This document shows, piece after piece, positions 19,155 to 30,438 of a DNA stretch of 64,000 nucleotides. The DNA is taken from the NCBI GenBank assembly GCA_963832175.1, contig CAWHTC010000003.1, positions 886,080 through 950,079 on the forward strand, in the 5' to 3' direction. The DNA comes from an uncultured Alphaproteobacteria bacterium. GTDB taxonomy: Bacteria; Pseudomonadota; Alphaproteobacteria; Rhizobiales; Beijerinckiaceae. The position numbers and the translations under genes were made by a program. The notes under the pieces were generated by a model. It did not search any database. It was not told where the DNA came from and was given only the letters and a program-made list of their open reading frames with translations. Position 1 is the first letter of the stretch, and each line of letters opens with the position of its first letter.

Positions 19155-22100
19155 ATGAACCTCTCCGCGCCTTTTATCGCGCGTCCGGTGGCGACCACGC
19201 TCCTTACCCTGGGGATTGCGCTTGCCGGGTGCCTTGCGTTTCTGAAGCTGCCGGTCTCGCCGCTTCCGCAAGTCGATTTTCCAACGATCCTGGTGCAGGC
19301 GCAGCTTCCCGGCGCGAGTCCGGAGACCGTGGCATCGAGCTTGGCAGGTCCGCTCGAACGCCACCTCGGCCAGATCGCCCATGTCACGGAAATGACGTCG
19401 GCAAGCAACCTCGGACAGACCCGCATCATCGTCCAGTTCGACATCGGCCGCGACATCGACGGCGCCGCGCGCGACGTCCAGGCGGCGATCAACGCAGCGG
19501 GCGCCGATCTGCCAACGAACCTGCCTATCAATCCGACCTATCGCAAGATCAATCCCGCCGATGCGCCGATCCTTATCCTCACCATGACGTCGAAGACCAA
19601 GTCGCGCGGTCAGATGTATGATCTCGCCAGCAATATCCTCCAGCAAAGGCTCTCCCAGCTCGATGGCATCGGTCAGGTTTATATTTTCGGCGGTGCCTTG
19701 CCCGCGGTGCGCGTCGAGCTCAACCCGCACGCCTTGGCCAAATATGGCATCGGGCTTGAGGACGTGCGCGCGGCGCTTGCTTCCGCCAATGCCAATAGTC
19801 CGAAAGGCGCGATCGAAGACGGCGAACGGCACTTGCAGATCTATACCAACGATCAAGCAACCCGGGCCGCCGATTATACGCCTCTCGTTATTGCCTACCG
19901 CAATGGCGCCGCGGTCCGTCTCAGCGACGTCGCCGATGTCCTGGACTCGGTCGAGGACGTCCGCAATGAGGGCCTTGCCAACGGCCGCCCCGTCGTTTTC
20001 GCGGTCATTTTCCGTCAGCCCGGCGCCAACATCATCGATACGGTGGAGCGCGTCAAGGCCGAATTGCCGCATCTCCAAGCGGCGATGCCAAGCGATATCG
20101 AATTCTTGCCTGCCTCCGATCGCAGCATTACGATCCGCGCCTCGTTGCATGACACCGAATGGACCTTGGTCATCGCGGTTCTCTTGGTCACGCTGATTGT
20201 CTTCTTGTTCCTGCGCGATATTCGCGCCGCGATCATTCCGAGTGTCGCCGTGCTGGTTTCGATCGTCGGTACTTTCGCCGCGATGTATCTCCTGAACTTT
20301 AGCTTGAACAATTTGTCGCTGATGGCCCTGACGATCGCGACCGGCTTCGTGGTCGACGATGCGATCGTGGTGCTCGAAAATATATCCCGCCACGCCGATG
20401 CGGGGAGAGGGCGCGTCGAGGCGGCGCTCGCCGGCGCGCGGGAAGTTGGATTTACCGTGCTGTCGATCAGCATCTCGTTGATCGCGGTGTTCCTTCCAAT
20501 TCTTCTGATGGGCGGGATTGTCGGCCGCCTGTTTCGCGAATTCGCGCTCACTCTTTCGCTCGCCATCCTCATCTCGCTCGTCTTATCCTTGACCTTGACG
20601 CCGATGATGTGCGCGCGGGTTCTGAAGCCCCACACTCCCGCCGAGGCGCATGCGCGGAGGTTCGACCCGTTTGGCAGGCTCCTGCACGGCTATGAGCGAA
20701 CGCTCGGCTTAGCACTGCGCCACGGCATCCTGGTGATGGTGGTTTTGGTTTTGACTGTCGGCCTCAACTTCGTCTTGTTCTGGTATCGTGCCGAAAGGCT
20801 TCTTTCCGCAGCAGGACACCGGCTTTTTGGCCGGGACTATTCAAGCCGACCAGGCGATTTCGTTCCAGGCGATGCGTCTAAAACTCAAACAGCTTCAGGC
20901 GATCGTGCAAGCCGACCCGGCGATTGCCAGCGTCAAGGGCTATACCGGTTCGGGCTCCGGGACCAATACCGGCTCGGTCTATATCGACCTGAAGCCAAAG
21001 TCCCAACGCAGCGAGACCGCCGACGAGGTGATCGCCCGTCTGCGCCGCAAGATCACGCAGGTGCCGGGCGCGCGACTTTATTTGCAATCGGTGCAGGATA
21101 TTCGGAGCGGCGGGCGGGCGAGCAATGCCCAATACCAATACACTTTGCAGGGCGAGAGCACGAGCGAACTCTATGCCTTCGTGCCACGCCTCGTCGAGGT
21201 CTTGCAAAACAGCTCCGTGCTCGCGGATGTCAATTCCGACCAGCAGCAGACAGGCTTGGAAACCAACGTCGTCATCGATCGCGAAACGGCTTCCCGTCTC
21301 GGCATCAACGTAAGGCAGATCGACAATACGCTTTATGACGCGTTCGGGCAGCGCCAGGTCTCGACCATTTACAGCGCGGTCAACCAATATCATGTGGTGA
21401 TGGAAGTCGACCCGCGCTATTGGCAAGATCCCGCGATCCTGAAAGATCTCTATGTCAGCACCGCGGGCGCGAGCCCGCGCGGGACGGCGGTCAGCAATGC
21501 CGTGGCGGGAACGGTCACGCGGAACCCCGCCCTGCCCGGCCCCGGGTCATCGGGGATCAGTTCCAGCGCGGCCAGAAATGTCGAGGGCAATGAGGCGCGC
21601 AACGTCCAAACCAATGCCTTGGCCAATACCGGCAGGGGCGCCACTTCCGCCGGTTCGGCCGTCAGCACAAACCGGGAAACCATGGTTCCGCTCGCCGCCT
21701 TTAGCCATTTCGAGCCGGGTCACACGCCCTTGGCGGTCAACCACCAGGGCCTGTTCGTGGCGTGCACGATTTCATACAATCTCGCGCCCGGCGCATCGCT
21801 CAGCGACGCGGTCACGGAAATCCGGGCGGCGATGAAGGCGCTCCACGCCCCGGCCACGATCCGCGGCAGTCTGCAAGGGACCGCCCGTCTATTCGAAGAG
21901 TCGTTGGCGAATGAGTTCTTGTTGATCGTCGCCGCGCTCGCCGCGGTCTATATCGTTCTGGGCATTCTTTACGAAAGCTTCGTTCACCCGGTCACGATCC
22001 TCTCCACGTTGCCTTCGGCCGGTGTCGGCGCGGTCCTCGCGCTTTTGCTGTTTCACACCGAGTTCAGCCTCATCGCGATGATCGGGGTGATTTTGCTGAT

Positions 22101-22467
22101 CGGCATCGTCAAGAAAAACGCGATTTTGATGATCGATTTCGCCCTCGAAGCGGAACGCTCGGACGGGCTTTCGCCGCGCGACGCGATTTTTCGCGCCTGC
22201 GTGTTGCGATTTCGTCCGATCATGATGACGACGTTCGCCGCGATTTTCGGCGCCGTCCCGCTGGCGCTAAGCTTCGGCGAGGGGGGCGAGATCCGCCGCC
22301 CGCTGGGCATTGCGATCGTCGGCGGGCTGATCGTCAGCCAGCTTCTGACCCTTTACACGACGCCGGTGCTTTATCTCTACCTCGACCGGTTCCGCCTCTG
22401 GTCGAACCGGCAATGGCGCCGCCTGTTTCCACGCATTGCCGGCCCCATTCGGGAACCTTCAGAGTAG
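19155..22467 (+). pseudogene. RND efflux permease (MdtC-like), frameshift at about 20781
   Basis: [52 protein letters not shown] split across two frames. Confidence 0.88.
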
Positions 22468-22516
22468 GCGGGTGCGGATGCCGCTCGGATGCCGCGACAG
22501 TCCCCAGTGCCCGCCT

Positions 22517-23534
22517 CTATTTGATCGCGACGACCATCGAGTCCGGGCCGGTGAGCGGCTCGACGCGCGTTTGCGAGAATCCCGCCTCGCGCATCCAAGC
22601 CTGGCAGTCGGCCCCCGTAAAATCGAAGCCGCCCGTCGTCTCGATCAGCATGTTCAAGCTCATCAACAAACCGAACGCGTTTTGGCGCCGCTCGTCATCG
22701 ATGATCGCCTCATAGACAATGAGCGCCCCGCCCTTGGGAAGCGCGGCATGGGCCTTTTCCAGCAGCATGTGCTTCTGCGCCAAATCCCAGTCGTGCAGAA
22801 TGTGGCCCATGATCAGGACATCGGCCGTGGGTAGGGGGTCCGTAAAAAAGTTTCCACTAAGAAATTTCACCCGCTCCTGCATTCCATGCTGGGCGATGAA
22901 TTCCTCAAACACCGGCTTGACTTCGGGCAGGTCGTATCCGGCGCCGGAAAGATGGTTATGCGCGCGGGCGATAGTAATTGGCACCATGCCTTGCGCGGCT
23001 CCGATGTCAGCGAAAGTCTTATAGTCTTGCCAGGGAAATTTCGCGGCGATCGCTTGGGCCGCGCCGAGGCTTGCTCCGCTCATGGCGGCGAGGAACCCGC
23101 GCAACCGGTCCGGATCGGCATAGAGCGCGGTGAACACATCGCCCGACTCCTTGGCCTCGTTCTGGTTCCGGCCGGTCTTGAGCGCTTCGGTTAACGAGCC
23201 CCAAGAACTCATAGAGACGGGCATTCGCCATTTCGAGAAGGCCGCCAACGTAGCTTGGCTTCGCCCGGTCCAAAAACAAATCCGTGTCGGCCGCGTTGCT
23301 GTAGCGTCCATCTCCATCCTGGCGGTCGAGCATTTTCAGCGCGACCAGCGCGTCGAGGAAATCGCGCGCCGAGCGATCGTGCAAGCCGAGGCGGCGCGAC
23401 AACGTGCTAAGATCGGCCGGGCCCTTGGCAAGCTCGGTGAATAGCTCAAGCTCGATGGCGCTAAGAAGCGCCTTCGACGCCCAGAATCCTAGTCCAAGAA
23501 TGAATATATTGGCGGGCGTTATGGCTTCGGTCAC
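22517..23534 (-). pseudogene. Class I O-methyltransferase with dimerisation domain, frameshift at about 23203
   Basis: GFWASKALLSAIELELFTEL N-terminal domain; [34 protein letters not shown] before GTG 23534. Confidence 0.85.
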
Positions 23535-23765
23535 CGTGCTCCTCCTTTGATTGCGGCGTTGCCTCTCCAATGCGGCGGAGACTAATCACAACACGGGCAT
23601 GGCTTCCATTACAAGCCACAGATGCGCGCCCGCACCGCGCAAGCGAAGCGCGCGCTGCCTATTCGCGGATTGCGAATCAAGGACTTTATACCGTGCGGGA
23701 GCCTTTACCGGCGCAACTCGCCGATGACGGCGGACCATGGGCCTGTTTGGGGGCTGAAGAGTGCG

Positions 23766-24572
23766 TCAGGGATTCGCCACGACGGGTTCGAGGGCCGGCG
23801 TTCCGGCTTGCGCGGGCAGATCGGCCGCCCGTGGCATGGCCGCGAGCATGCCGGCGATCGCCGATGCGGCCTCGCCGGCTATCGCCTTGCGACTTTCTCC
23901 CCGCGCATAGGCGAGCGGCTTGCCAAACCCGAGATCGCACCGGATCGGCTCGCCCTTGAGGAGCGACCAGAGGTGCGGAAGCAAGGTCGCATCGCCGAGC
24001 CATGCCGCCGCGGGCGATGAATAGCGGATAGCGACAGGTTGCACGCAAACCGTCTCGATCCCGCTCGCCGTGGCGAGAAGATCGCGCGCGGCGGCGAAAT
24101 GCGAGCTGTAAAACTTGCCGAGCGCCGAGCCGTCGCCGGTCGTGCCCTCCGGGAAAAGCAGCATAGGGCGGCCCGCGAGCATGCGCTGCGCCATCACCGC
24201 GTTGGCGGCGGGGATGGTCCGCCGCCGTTGGCGATCCACGAACACGGTTTCTTGCAGCCGCGCGAAAGCGGAGACGACCGGCCACGATTCGACTTCACGC
24301 TTGGCGAGGAAGCAGACCGGCTCGACGCTGCAAAGCGCCAGTATGTCGAGCCACGAAACATGATTTGCGGCAATGAGACGAGGCCCTTGCGGCGGCGGGA
24401 CTTGCTTCGTGAAAACACGCAGCGGCAGCAGGGCGGCGAGCGTCCGGCCGAGCGCTACCGGGAGCCACAGCCGCAGCGGCCAGCGCCGGCGCAATGCGAG
24501 CCACTGCAAGGGAGCGATGGCCAAAAACAAGAGTAGGGTAAGAACGATCAGTACGGCGCGGAGATAAGCCAT
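23766..24572 (-). CDS. Lysophospholipid/lyso-ornithine-lipid acyltransferase (OlsA/PlsC-like)
   Basis: ANHVSWLDI (HX4D), FLAKREV, LFPEGTT. Confidence 0.88.
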   Translation of the reverse strand: MAYLRAVLIVLTLLLFLAIAPLQWLALRRRWPLRLWLPVALGRTLAALLPLRVFTKQVPPPQGPRLIAANHVSWLDILALCSVEPVCFLAKREVESWPVVSAFARLQETVFVDRQRRRTIPAANAVMAQRMLAGRPMLLFPEGTTGDGSALGKFYSSHFAAARDLLATASGIETVCVQPVAIRYSSPAAAWLGDATLLPHLWSLLKGEPIRCDLGFGKPLAYARGESRKAIAGEAASAIAGMLAAMPRAADLPAQAGTPALEPVVANP

Positions 24573-24740
24573 TTCTCACCGCAGATTGGCATTGCGATTC
24601 GCTCCTCTTTAGAACGCTCGTTCTGCAGTTTGATGACAGCGCCGCTCTCCCTCCCCTGTGGATCTTATCTTTTCGTCATCAAAGCTTCGCATCCGGCTAC
24701 TAGATTCGATCCATAGAGGTAAGACGAGATTCGCTAGCTC

Positions 24741-25655
24741 ATGTGGAACACTTCGACGCCGTCCGGCTTCGGCGGTGCCGTCCGGCACACCGCCACCTTC
24801 ATAAGACCGAACCGGATCGTGCGCGATCTTTCCGGCCTGCCCGCGGTGCTTGGGCGTTTCGGCCCGTTTGAAGTCCGGCTGGCGACGACGAGCCGGGAGA
24901 TCCGCAAGGCGCAGCGGCTGCGGTTCAAGATTTTTTTCGAAGAAGGCCAGGCGATGCCTCAGCAAGTCGTCGCGCTGACAAGGCGAGACATTTGTCCTTT
25001 CGACAAAATCTGCGATCATCTTCTCGTCATCGACAAAGATCAGCGCAATCGCTTCGGCCGTAAGAAGCCCAAAATCGTTGGGGTCTATCGTCTTCTTCGC
25101 GGGGATACCGTACGCCACCAAGGCTATTACAGCGCAACGGAATTCGATATCGCTCCATTGCTGGCCCGCCATCCCGGCAAGCGCTTTTTGGAACTCGGCC
25201 GCTCTTGCGTTCATGTGCAATATCGATCGAAGCGCGTCATCGAGCTTTTGTGGCGCGGCCTTTGGATCTATGCAAAACATCATCGCATCGACGTGCTGAT
25301 CGGCTGCGCGAGCCTGCCTGGCGTCGATCCGCTCGCGCTCGCTTTGCCTTTGAGTTTCCTGCATCGCCATGCGCTGGCGGACGAAGAATGGCGCGTCCGC
25401 CCGCTTGCCGGGCGCGGCGTGGATATGGCGATCTTGGACACCAAGGCAATCGATGCGCGCAAGGGAGTAGCGTCGCTGCCTCCGCTGCTCAAGGCTTACC
25501 TGCGCGCCGGGGCGAAATTTGGCGACGGCGCGGTGATCGACGCGCAGTTCGGCACGACCGACGTCTTCACGATCTTGCCGCTCAGCGACTTGGAAGAGCG
25601 CTATCAAAACTATTATGGCGGGCCGATGGAAATGCCGGAAAGCTATGTCGCCTGA
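24741..25655 (+). CDS. olsB: GNAT N-acyltransferase, OlsB-like (ornithine lipid synthesis)
   Basis: EVRLAT..EIRKAQRLRF, DHLLVID, VGVYRLL, LELGRSCV, LPPLLKAYLRAGAK. Confidence 0.75.
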   Translation: MWNTSTPSGFGGAVRHTATFIRPNRIVRDLSGLPAVLGRFGPFEVRLATTSREIRKAQRLRFKIFFEEGQAMPQQVVALTRRDICPFDKICDHLLVIDKDQRNRFGRKKPKIVGVYRLLRGDTVRHQGYYSATEFDIAPLLARHPGKRFLELGRSCVHVQYRSKRVIELLWRGLWIYAKHHRIDVLIGCASLPGVDPLALALPLSFLHRHALADEEWRVRPLAGRGVDMAILDTKAIDARKGVASLPPLLKAYLRAGAKFGDGAVIDAQFGTTDVFTILPLSDLEERYQNYYGGPMEMPESYVA

Positions 25656-25746
25656 ACCAGTTTCAAAAGCCTCGCCCTTTATGTATTGTCGAGTTAAGTG
25701 ACATGGCCGGCGGCTGATGACGCGGCCTTATCATGGGGGAGATATT

Positions 25747-26592
25747 ATGCGTAGCAATCATAGCAATCGAAGCCGTGCCTCACCGGCGCGGGGATTTACG
25801 GCCCTCTGCGCCATGCTGGCGATGGGGCTGGGCTTGACGGCCCGGCCGGCGGCGGCGGCGCCCTTCGCCTATGTCACGAATGAAGACGGCACTGTCACGG
25901 TGATCGACACCAACCCCCCGTCCGTGGTGGCCACGATCGAGGTGGGGAATAGCCCCCGCGGGGTCGCCGTGACCCCGGATGGGAAACAAGCCTACGTGGC
26001 GAATTCTGGCTTCTCGAACAGTGTTTCAGTGATCGACACAGCCAGCAATACGGTAGTGGCCACGGTCGCGGTGGCGGCGGCCCCCCAGCCGGTCGCCGTC
26101 ACTTCGGACGGGAAACACGTCTATGTTGGGAGCGGTGTTGGCGTTGTCTCGGTGATCGACACAGCTAATAACACGGTGGTGGCGACGGTTCCGGTCGGGG
26201 CTGCCGCGATCGCCATCACCCCGGATGGGAAACACGCGTATGTCGTTAACCATGATGCCTTCGCACTTGGATTCAGCTTTACCTTGAGCAGCACCGATAG
26301 CAACGGGATCGATCCCCTCACCGAGGCAGTCACTCTCCAGGTCGGCACTTTCACCGCCACCATTCCGCCCGGCTCGTTCAAGAAGGATGGGCAGGGGTCT
26401 TTCGCCTTCGTGGGGGTCATCAATGGCGTGGGGCTGGGGGTGCTGATCAAGCCCACGGGCACCCTGCGATACCTCCTCGAAGCGAAGGGAATCGGCGCCA
26501 ACTTGGCCGGGACCAAGAACACGGTGTATGTAACCCTGGCCATCGGCGGCGACAGCGGCGCAACCTCGGTCAACGCCAGCATTTCCCCCTAA
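25747..26592 (+). CDS. Secreted YVTN beta-propeller repeat protein with C-terminal beta-rich domain
   Basis: Signal peptide, AYVTN, repeats of VIDTASNTVVATV..G..P..VAVTPDGK. Confidence 0.8.
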   Translation: MRSNHSNRSRASPARGFTALCAMLAMGLGLTARPAAAAPFAYVTNEDGTVTVIDTNPPSVVATIEVGNSPRGVAVTPDGKQAYVANSGFSNSVSVIDTASNTVVATVAVAAAPQPVAVTSDGKHVYVGSGVGVVSVIDTANNTVVATVPVGAAAIAITPDGKHAYVVNHDAFALGFSFTLSSTDSNGIDPLTEAVTLQVGTFTATIPPGSFKKDGQGSFAFVGVINGVGLGVLIKPTGTLRYLLEAKGIGANLAGTKNTVYVTLAIGGDSGATSVNASISP

Positions 26593-27902
26593 AAACGCGG
26601 GTTTCCAGGCGTGCTCCGATCCAATTGGACCGGATCACGCGCCAGAGCCCGCCAGCCGATATCGCGGCGGTAAAATCCGCCCGGCCAATCAATCATGTCG
26701 ATTGCCGCATAGGCGCGCGCGCGCGCCTCCGCCACATCGGCGCCAACGCCCGTGACAGTTAAGACGCGGCCGCCTTCGGCGAGAAGTTGTTGGCCTTCGC
26801 GCTTCGTCCCGGCATGGGTGATCGAAACGAACGGCATTGCCCCGGCACGCTCGATGCCATGGATTTCGCTCCCCCTGACCGGCGCGCCAGGATAGCCCGT
26901 GGCGGCGAGCACGACGCTAAGCGCGGTTTTTGCCGAAAGCCGCGCCGGATGGTCCGGCAGTCGTTCGTCGACGCAGGCGAGGAGCAAGGCAAGCAGATCC
27001 TCTTCGAGACGCGGCAGCATGGCTTGGGTTTCGGGATCGCCGAAACGCACATTGTATTCGATGAGCCTTGGCCCATCCGCGCAAATCATCAGACCGGCAA
27101 AAAGAACGCCCTTGAAGGGCGCGCCCATCGCCGCCATTCCCTTGAACGTTGGCGCGACGATGTCTCGCATGATTCGTTCGCGCATCCGCGTATCCATGAC
27201 GGGTGCCGGCGAATAGGCGCCCATGCCCCCTGTATTAGGTCCGCGCTCGCCTTCGCCCACGCGCTTATGGTCCTGGGCGGAAGCGAACTCCATTGCCCGC
27301 GCGCCATCGCAAAGCGCGAAGAACGAAACCTCCTCGCCGTCGAGAAAATCCTCGACGAGGATAGTTTGCCCCGCCGCGCCAAATTCGCCCGAAAACATCC
27401 GGCCGATCGCGGCTTCCGCCTCCTCGATGCTCGCCGCCACGGTGACTCCCTTGCCCGCCGCGAGCCCGTCGGCCTTGATGACTATCGGCGCGCCTTTGCC
27501 GCGCACATAAGCCTTGGCGGACACTGCGTCAGCAAAGCAGACGTAGGGCGCGGTAGGGATTTTGTAGAGGGCGCAAAATTCCTTGGCGAAGGCCTTCGAG
27601 CCTTCGAGGCGGGCGGCCGCCTTGCTTGGACCGAAGGCCTTGATCCCTGCCGCCGCTAGACCATCGACAATGCCGGCGACAAGCGGCGCCTCAGGGCCGA
27701 TCACGACAAGATCGATCCCGTTCGCCTTACAAAAGGCGGCGACCGCCGGGTGGTCCTTTATGTCGAGCGCGACGGTGCACGCGAGCGTCGTCATGCCCGT
27801 ATTGCCCGGCGCGACGAACAGCGTTTCCAGCAACGGGCTCTTCGCGAGCGCGATGGCGATGGCATGCTCGCGTCCGCCAGAGCCGAGAAGAAGAACGTTC
27901 AT
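26589..27902 (-). CDS. purD: Phosphoribosylamine--glycine ligase
   Basis: LLGSGGREHA, VIKADGLAAGKGV, GPNTGGMGAYSP, EYNVRFGDPE. Confidence 0.98.
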   Translation of the reverse strand: MNVLLLGSGGREHAIAIALAKSPLLETLFVAPGNTGMTTLACTVALDIKDHPAVAAFCKANGIDLVVIGPEAPLVAGIVDGLAAAGIKAFGPSKAAARLEGSKAFAKEFCALYKIPTAPYVCFADAVSAKAYVRGKGAPIVIKADGLAAGKGVTVAASIEEAEAAIGRMFSGEFGAAGQTILVEDFLDGEEVSFFALCDGARAMEFASAQDHKRVGEGERGPNTGGMGAYSPAPVMDTRMRERIMRDIVAPTFKGMAAMGAPFKGVLFAGLMICADGPRLIEYNVRFGDPETQAMLPRLEEDLLALLLACVDERLPDHPARLSAKTALSVVLAATGYPGAPVRGSEIHGIERAGAMPFVSITHAGTKREGQQLLAEGGRVLTVTGVGADVAEARARAYAAIDMIDWPGGFYRRDIGWRALARDPVQLDRSTPGNPRF

Positions 27903-27987
27903 GATTGAATCATTTGAATCGGCTGGATATTGGAGGCAGCCATACGCCCGATCAGGCTTTTAGAGGAACCGCAATTCTAGCGCATCT

Positions 27988-28019
27988 TACCAAAATGTTT
28001 CACGTGAAACATTTTGGTA
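27988..28019. promoter_or_regulatory. parS centromere-like site within a 32-bp perfect palindrome
   Basis: TGTTTCACGTGAAACA (27996-28011) is the canonical bacterial parS consensus; flanked by TACCAAAA/TTTTGGTA. Confidence 0.85.
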
Positions 28020-28060
28020 CGATTGACGGTTTGCGCAAACGCACTTTAGCGAGGCGAGGC

Positions 28061-28290
28061 GCGTTCCGCAAAAAAGTGTACCGTTCTATCGATGAACTGC
28101 AGGCCGATCTTGATGTGAAGGTCCGCGATTACAGCGAGTCGCGGCCACATCTAGGCCGCCGGTGTTTCGGCAAGACGCCGATGCAAATGTTCCTTGACAC
28201 AATGCCGATGACGAAGGAGAAAACGATCACCACAAATTGGCACCAGCGGTGCCTTGTCCGTCTCACCGCCATTCATCTCTAGCCTGGGAA
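28061..28290 (+). mobile_element. IS481-family transposase C-terminal remnant
   Basis: AFRKKVYRSIDELQADLD...RPHLGRRCFGKTPMQMFLD. Confidence 0.65.
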
Positions 28291-28430
28291 CCTGGTCAAC
28301 ACGGCGCAGCCCCAGAGGTTAGTCCCAAGTTCGTGCGATATCGCAGTCTCGCGGCAGATTTTGCGGCTCAACAACCCTTATATTCACTTCTTCTTTCCTT
28401 CTCTCCTTTTCTCGATGTAGTAAAAACCGA

Positions 28431-29162
28431 ATGCGATTGAACCTAGCCACCGCTGCCCCTCCAACCAGCCGCGACAACCCGTTTCGGAAGAGGCGCTTCG
28501 CTCTCTGCCGAAAGCTGGTCGAGAGCGTGCTCGCTCAAGACGGCGCCTGCCGGGTCCTCGATATCGGCGGCCTGCCTGATTACTGGCGTATCTTTGGAGC
28601 CGACCTGGTGGCCGACCCGCGTGTATCAATCTCCCTGCTAAATCTCTCCTATCCCGATGATAAATATCGTTCGGAATTCGACTGGAAATTTGAGCGTCTC
28701 ACCGGGGACGCCCGGAATCTCGACGGTATCGCCGATAAATCATTCGACGTGGCCCACTCCAATTCAGTCATCGAGCATGTGGGCCGCTGGCCCGATATGT
28801 GTGCCATGGCGGGAGAGGCGCGCCGCGTCGCGCGGCTGCATTATGTACAGACGCCTTACTGGGGTTTTCCGATCGAGCCGCATAATCGTACGCCGTTGTT
28901 TCACTGGCTCCCCGAGCAGTTCCGCTACCGGTTGGTTTTGAGTTGTGACCTCGGCTTCTGGAGTCGCGCCACGAGCGTCGATGAGGCGATGCGCAGGGTG
29001 CAGTCGAATTATTTGCTCGACCGCAGGCAGTTTGCCGCGCTTTTCCCAACTTCATCGATCCATAGCGAGATCGTGTATGGTTTGACGAAATCGCTCGTGG
29101 CGGTGGGCGGGGATGGGTTGGAAGTTGACGCGCGGTCAAATACCCGGGGCCTCAGAATTTGA
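28431..29162 (+). CDS. Class I SAM-dependent methyltransferase
   Basis: VLDIGG, GDARNL, FDVAHSNSVIEHVG, QTPYWGFPIEPH. Confidence 0.85.
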   Translation: MRLNLATAAPPTSRDNPFRKRRFALCRKLVESVLAQDGACRVLDIGGLPDYWRIFGADLVADPRVSISLLNLSYPDDKYRSEFDWKFERLTGDARNLDGIADKSFDVAHSNSVIEHVGRWPDMCAMAGEARRVARLHYVQTPYWGFPIEPHNRTPLFHWLPEQFRYRLVLSCDLGFWSRATSVDEAMRRVQSNYLLDRRQFAALFPTSSIHSEIVYGLTKSLVAVGGDGLEVDARSNTRGLRI

Positions 29163-29204
29163 CTACGGATTTCCATCACATGCACATCATAGGTTTTGCT
29201 CCTA

Positions 29205-29330
29205 GCGTGCGGCCCAAGGACGTTCCGCCCAAGAGCACGCTCGACGATGATTTCGATCTTTGGACCTGCGACGGCACGTTGGAGAGTATCCATCATGCGC
29301 TTTATGTGAAGTGCCGCGAACAAATCGGGC
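29205..29330 (+). mobile_element. IS5-family transposase remnant
   Basis: PKDVPPKSTL...DGTLESIHHALYVKCREQ resembles the IS5 orfA at 6467. Confidence 0.7.
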
Positions 29331-29358
29331 TGCACCTGATGGTGGTATATATTTAGCC

Positions 29359-30273
29359 ATGAACGAGGAATCACCCCATTATAGCGCGACCAACGACGGC
29401 GCACCGCTGCCTTTAGTGTCGGTGGTGATCCCGCACTATAACAGCCTTGCGACATTGAAGAACTGTGTATCGCTTCTCGATAGACAAACATTCTGCCGCG
29501 ATCGTTTCGAAATTATCGTCGCGGATAATAACTCGAGTTGCGGTATGAATGCCGTTCTGGGGGCAGCGCCGACGGCAAAGGTTATCCCTGCCAATGAGCA
29601 AGGCGCTGGTCCGGCTAGAAATGCGGGGGTCGCCGCTTCTAAGGGGAGCATCCTAGCGTTTATCGATTCAGACTGTCTGCCCAATCTCGACTGGATCGAG
29701 CAAGGGGTTGCGGCAATTCAGGCTTACGATTTTATCGGCGGCCGCGTTATTGTTACCAGCGAGCACCCGCTGCGTCCGAATCCGATCGAAGCATTCGAAA
29801 TGGTTTTCGCGTTTGATTTTGAACGTTACATAAACCGGGTCGGATTCACGGGTACTGGCAATATGTTCGTATGGCGTAAAGTTTTTGATGCCGTGGGGCC
29901 ATTCAGGAACGGTGTAGCGGAAGACATGGACTGGTCCTTTCGAGCACGCGCCCGAGCCTTCCGGCTTGGCTATGTAGAGGACTTGATCGTCGAACATCCC
30001 GCCCGGAAAACGTGGTCCGAACTAGTGGCGCGATGGAAGCGGATGGTGCTGGAAGAATATTTGCTTTATCGGGAACGTCCATTTTTCAGAGTGAGTTGGT
30101 TGTTGCGCGCAACTTTTATGCCTTTGTCTGTCCTGCCACACGCTTGCCGTATCTTAACGTCGTCCAGATTGATGAACTCCAGATCGCGGTGGGGTGGTTT
30201 GAAGGTGCTCGCTCGCCTGCGCCTTTGGAGAACATGGGAAATGTTTTCACTCCTGGTCCGCGATTCACCATAG
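29359..30273 (+). CDS. Glycosyltransferase family 2
   Basis: VSVVIPHYN, IIVADNNS, GPARNAG, FIDSDC, EDMDW. Confidence 0.9.
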   Translation: MNEESPHYSATNDGAPLPLVSVVIPHYNSLATLKNCVSLLDRQTFCRDRFEIIVADNNSSCGMNAVLGAAPTAKVIPANEQGAGPARNAGVAASKGSILAFIDSDCLPNLDWIEQGVAAIQAYDFIGGRVIVTSEHPLRPNPIEAFEMVFAFDFERYINRVGFTGTGNMFVWRKVFDAVGPFRNGVAEDMDWSFRARARAFRLGYVEDLIVEHPARKTWSELVARWKRMVLEEYLLYRERPFFRVSWLLRATFMPLSVLPHACRILTSSRLMNSRSRWGGLKVLARLRLWRTWEMFSLLVRDSP

Positions 30274-30438
30274 CGCCGTCAACCGACGGGACCCCGCCAA
30301 GGGGATATTCCGAGAGGGTCTCGATCGGTTTCCGCGCCTAACGGCGGCGGCCATCCCGCGCCGGCCTGGCGGCTTTACCCCGGCCCGCGCATCGGCTATG
30401 GCAAGCGCCGGGAAAAACCAGTCAGGCAGGAGTTCGGC

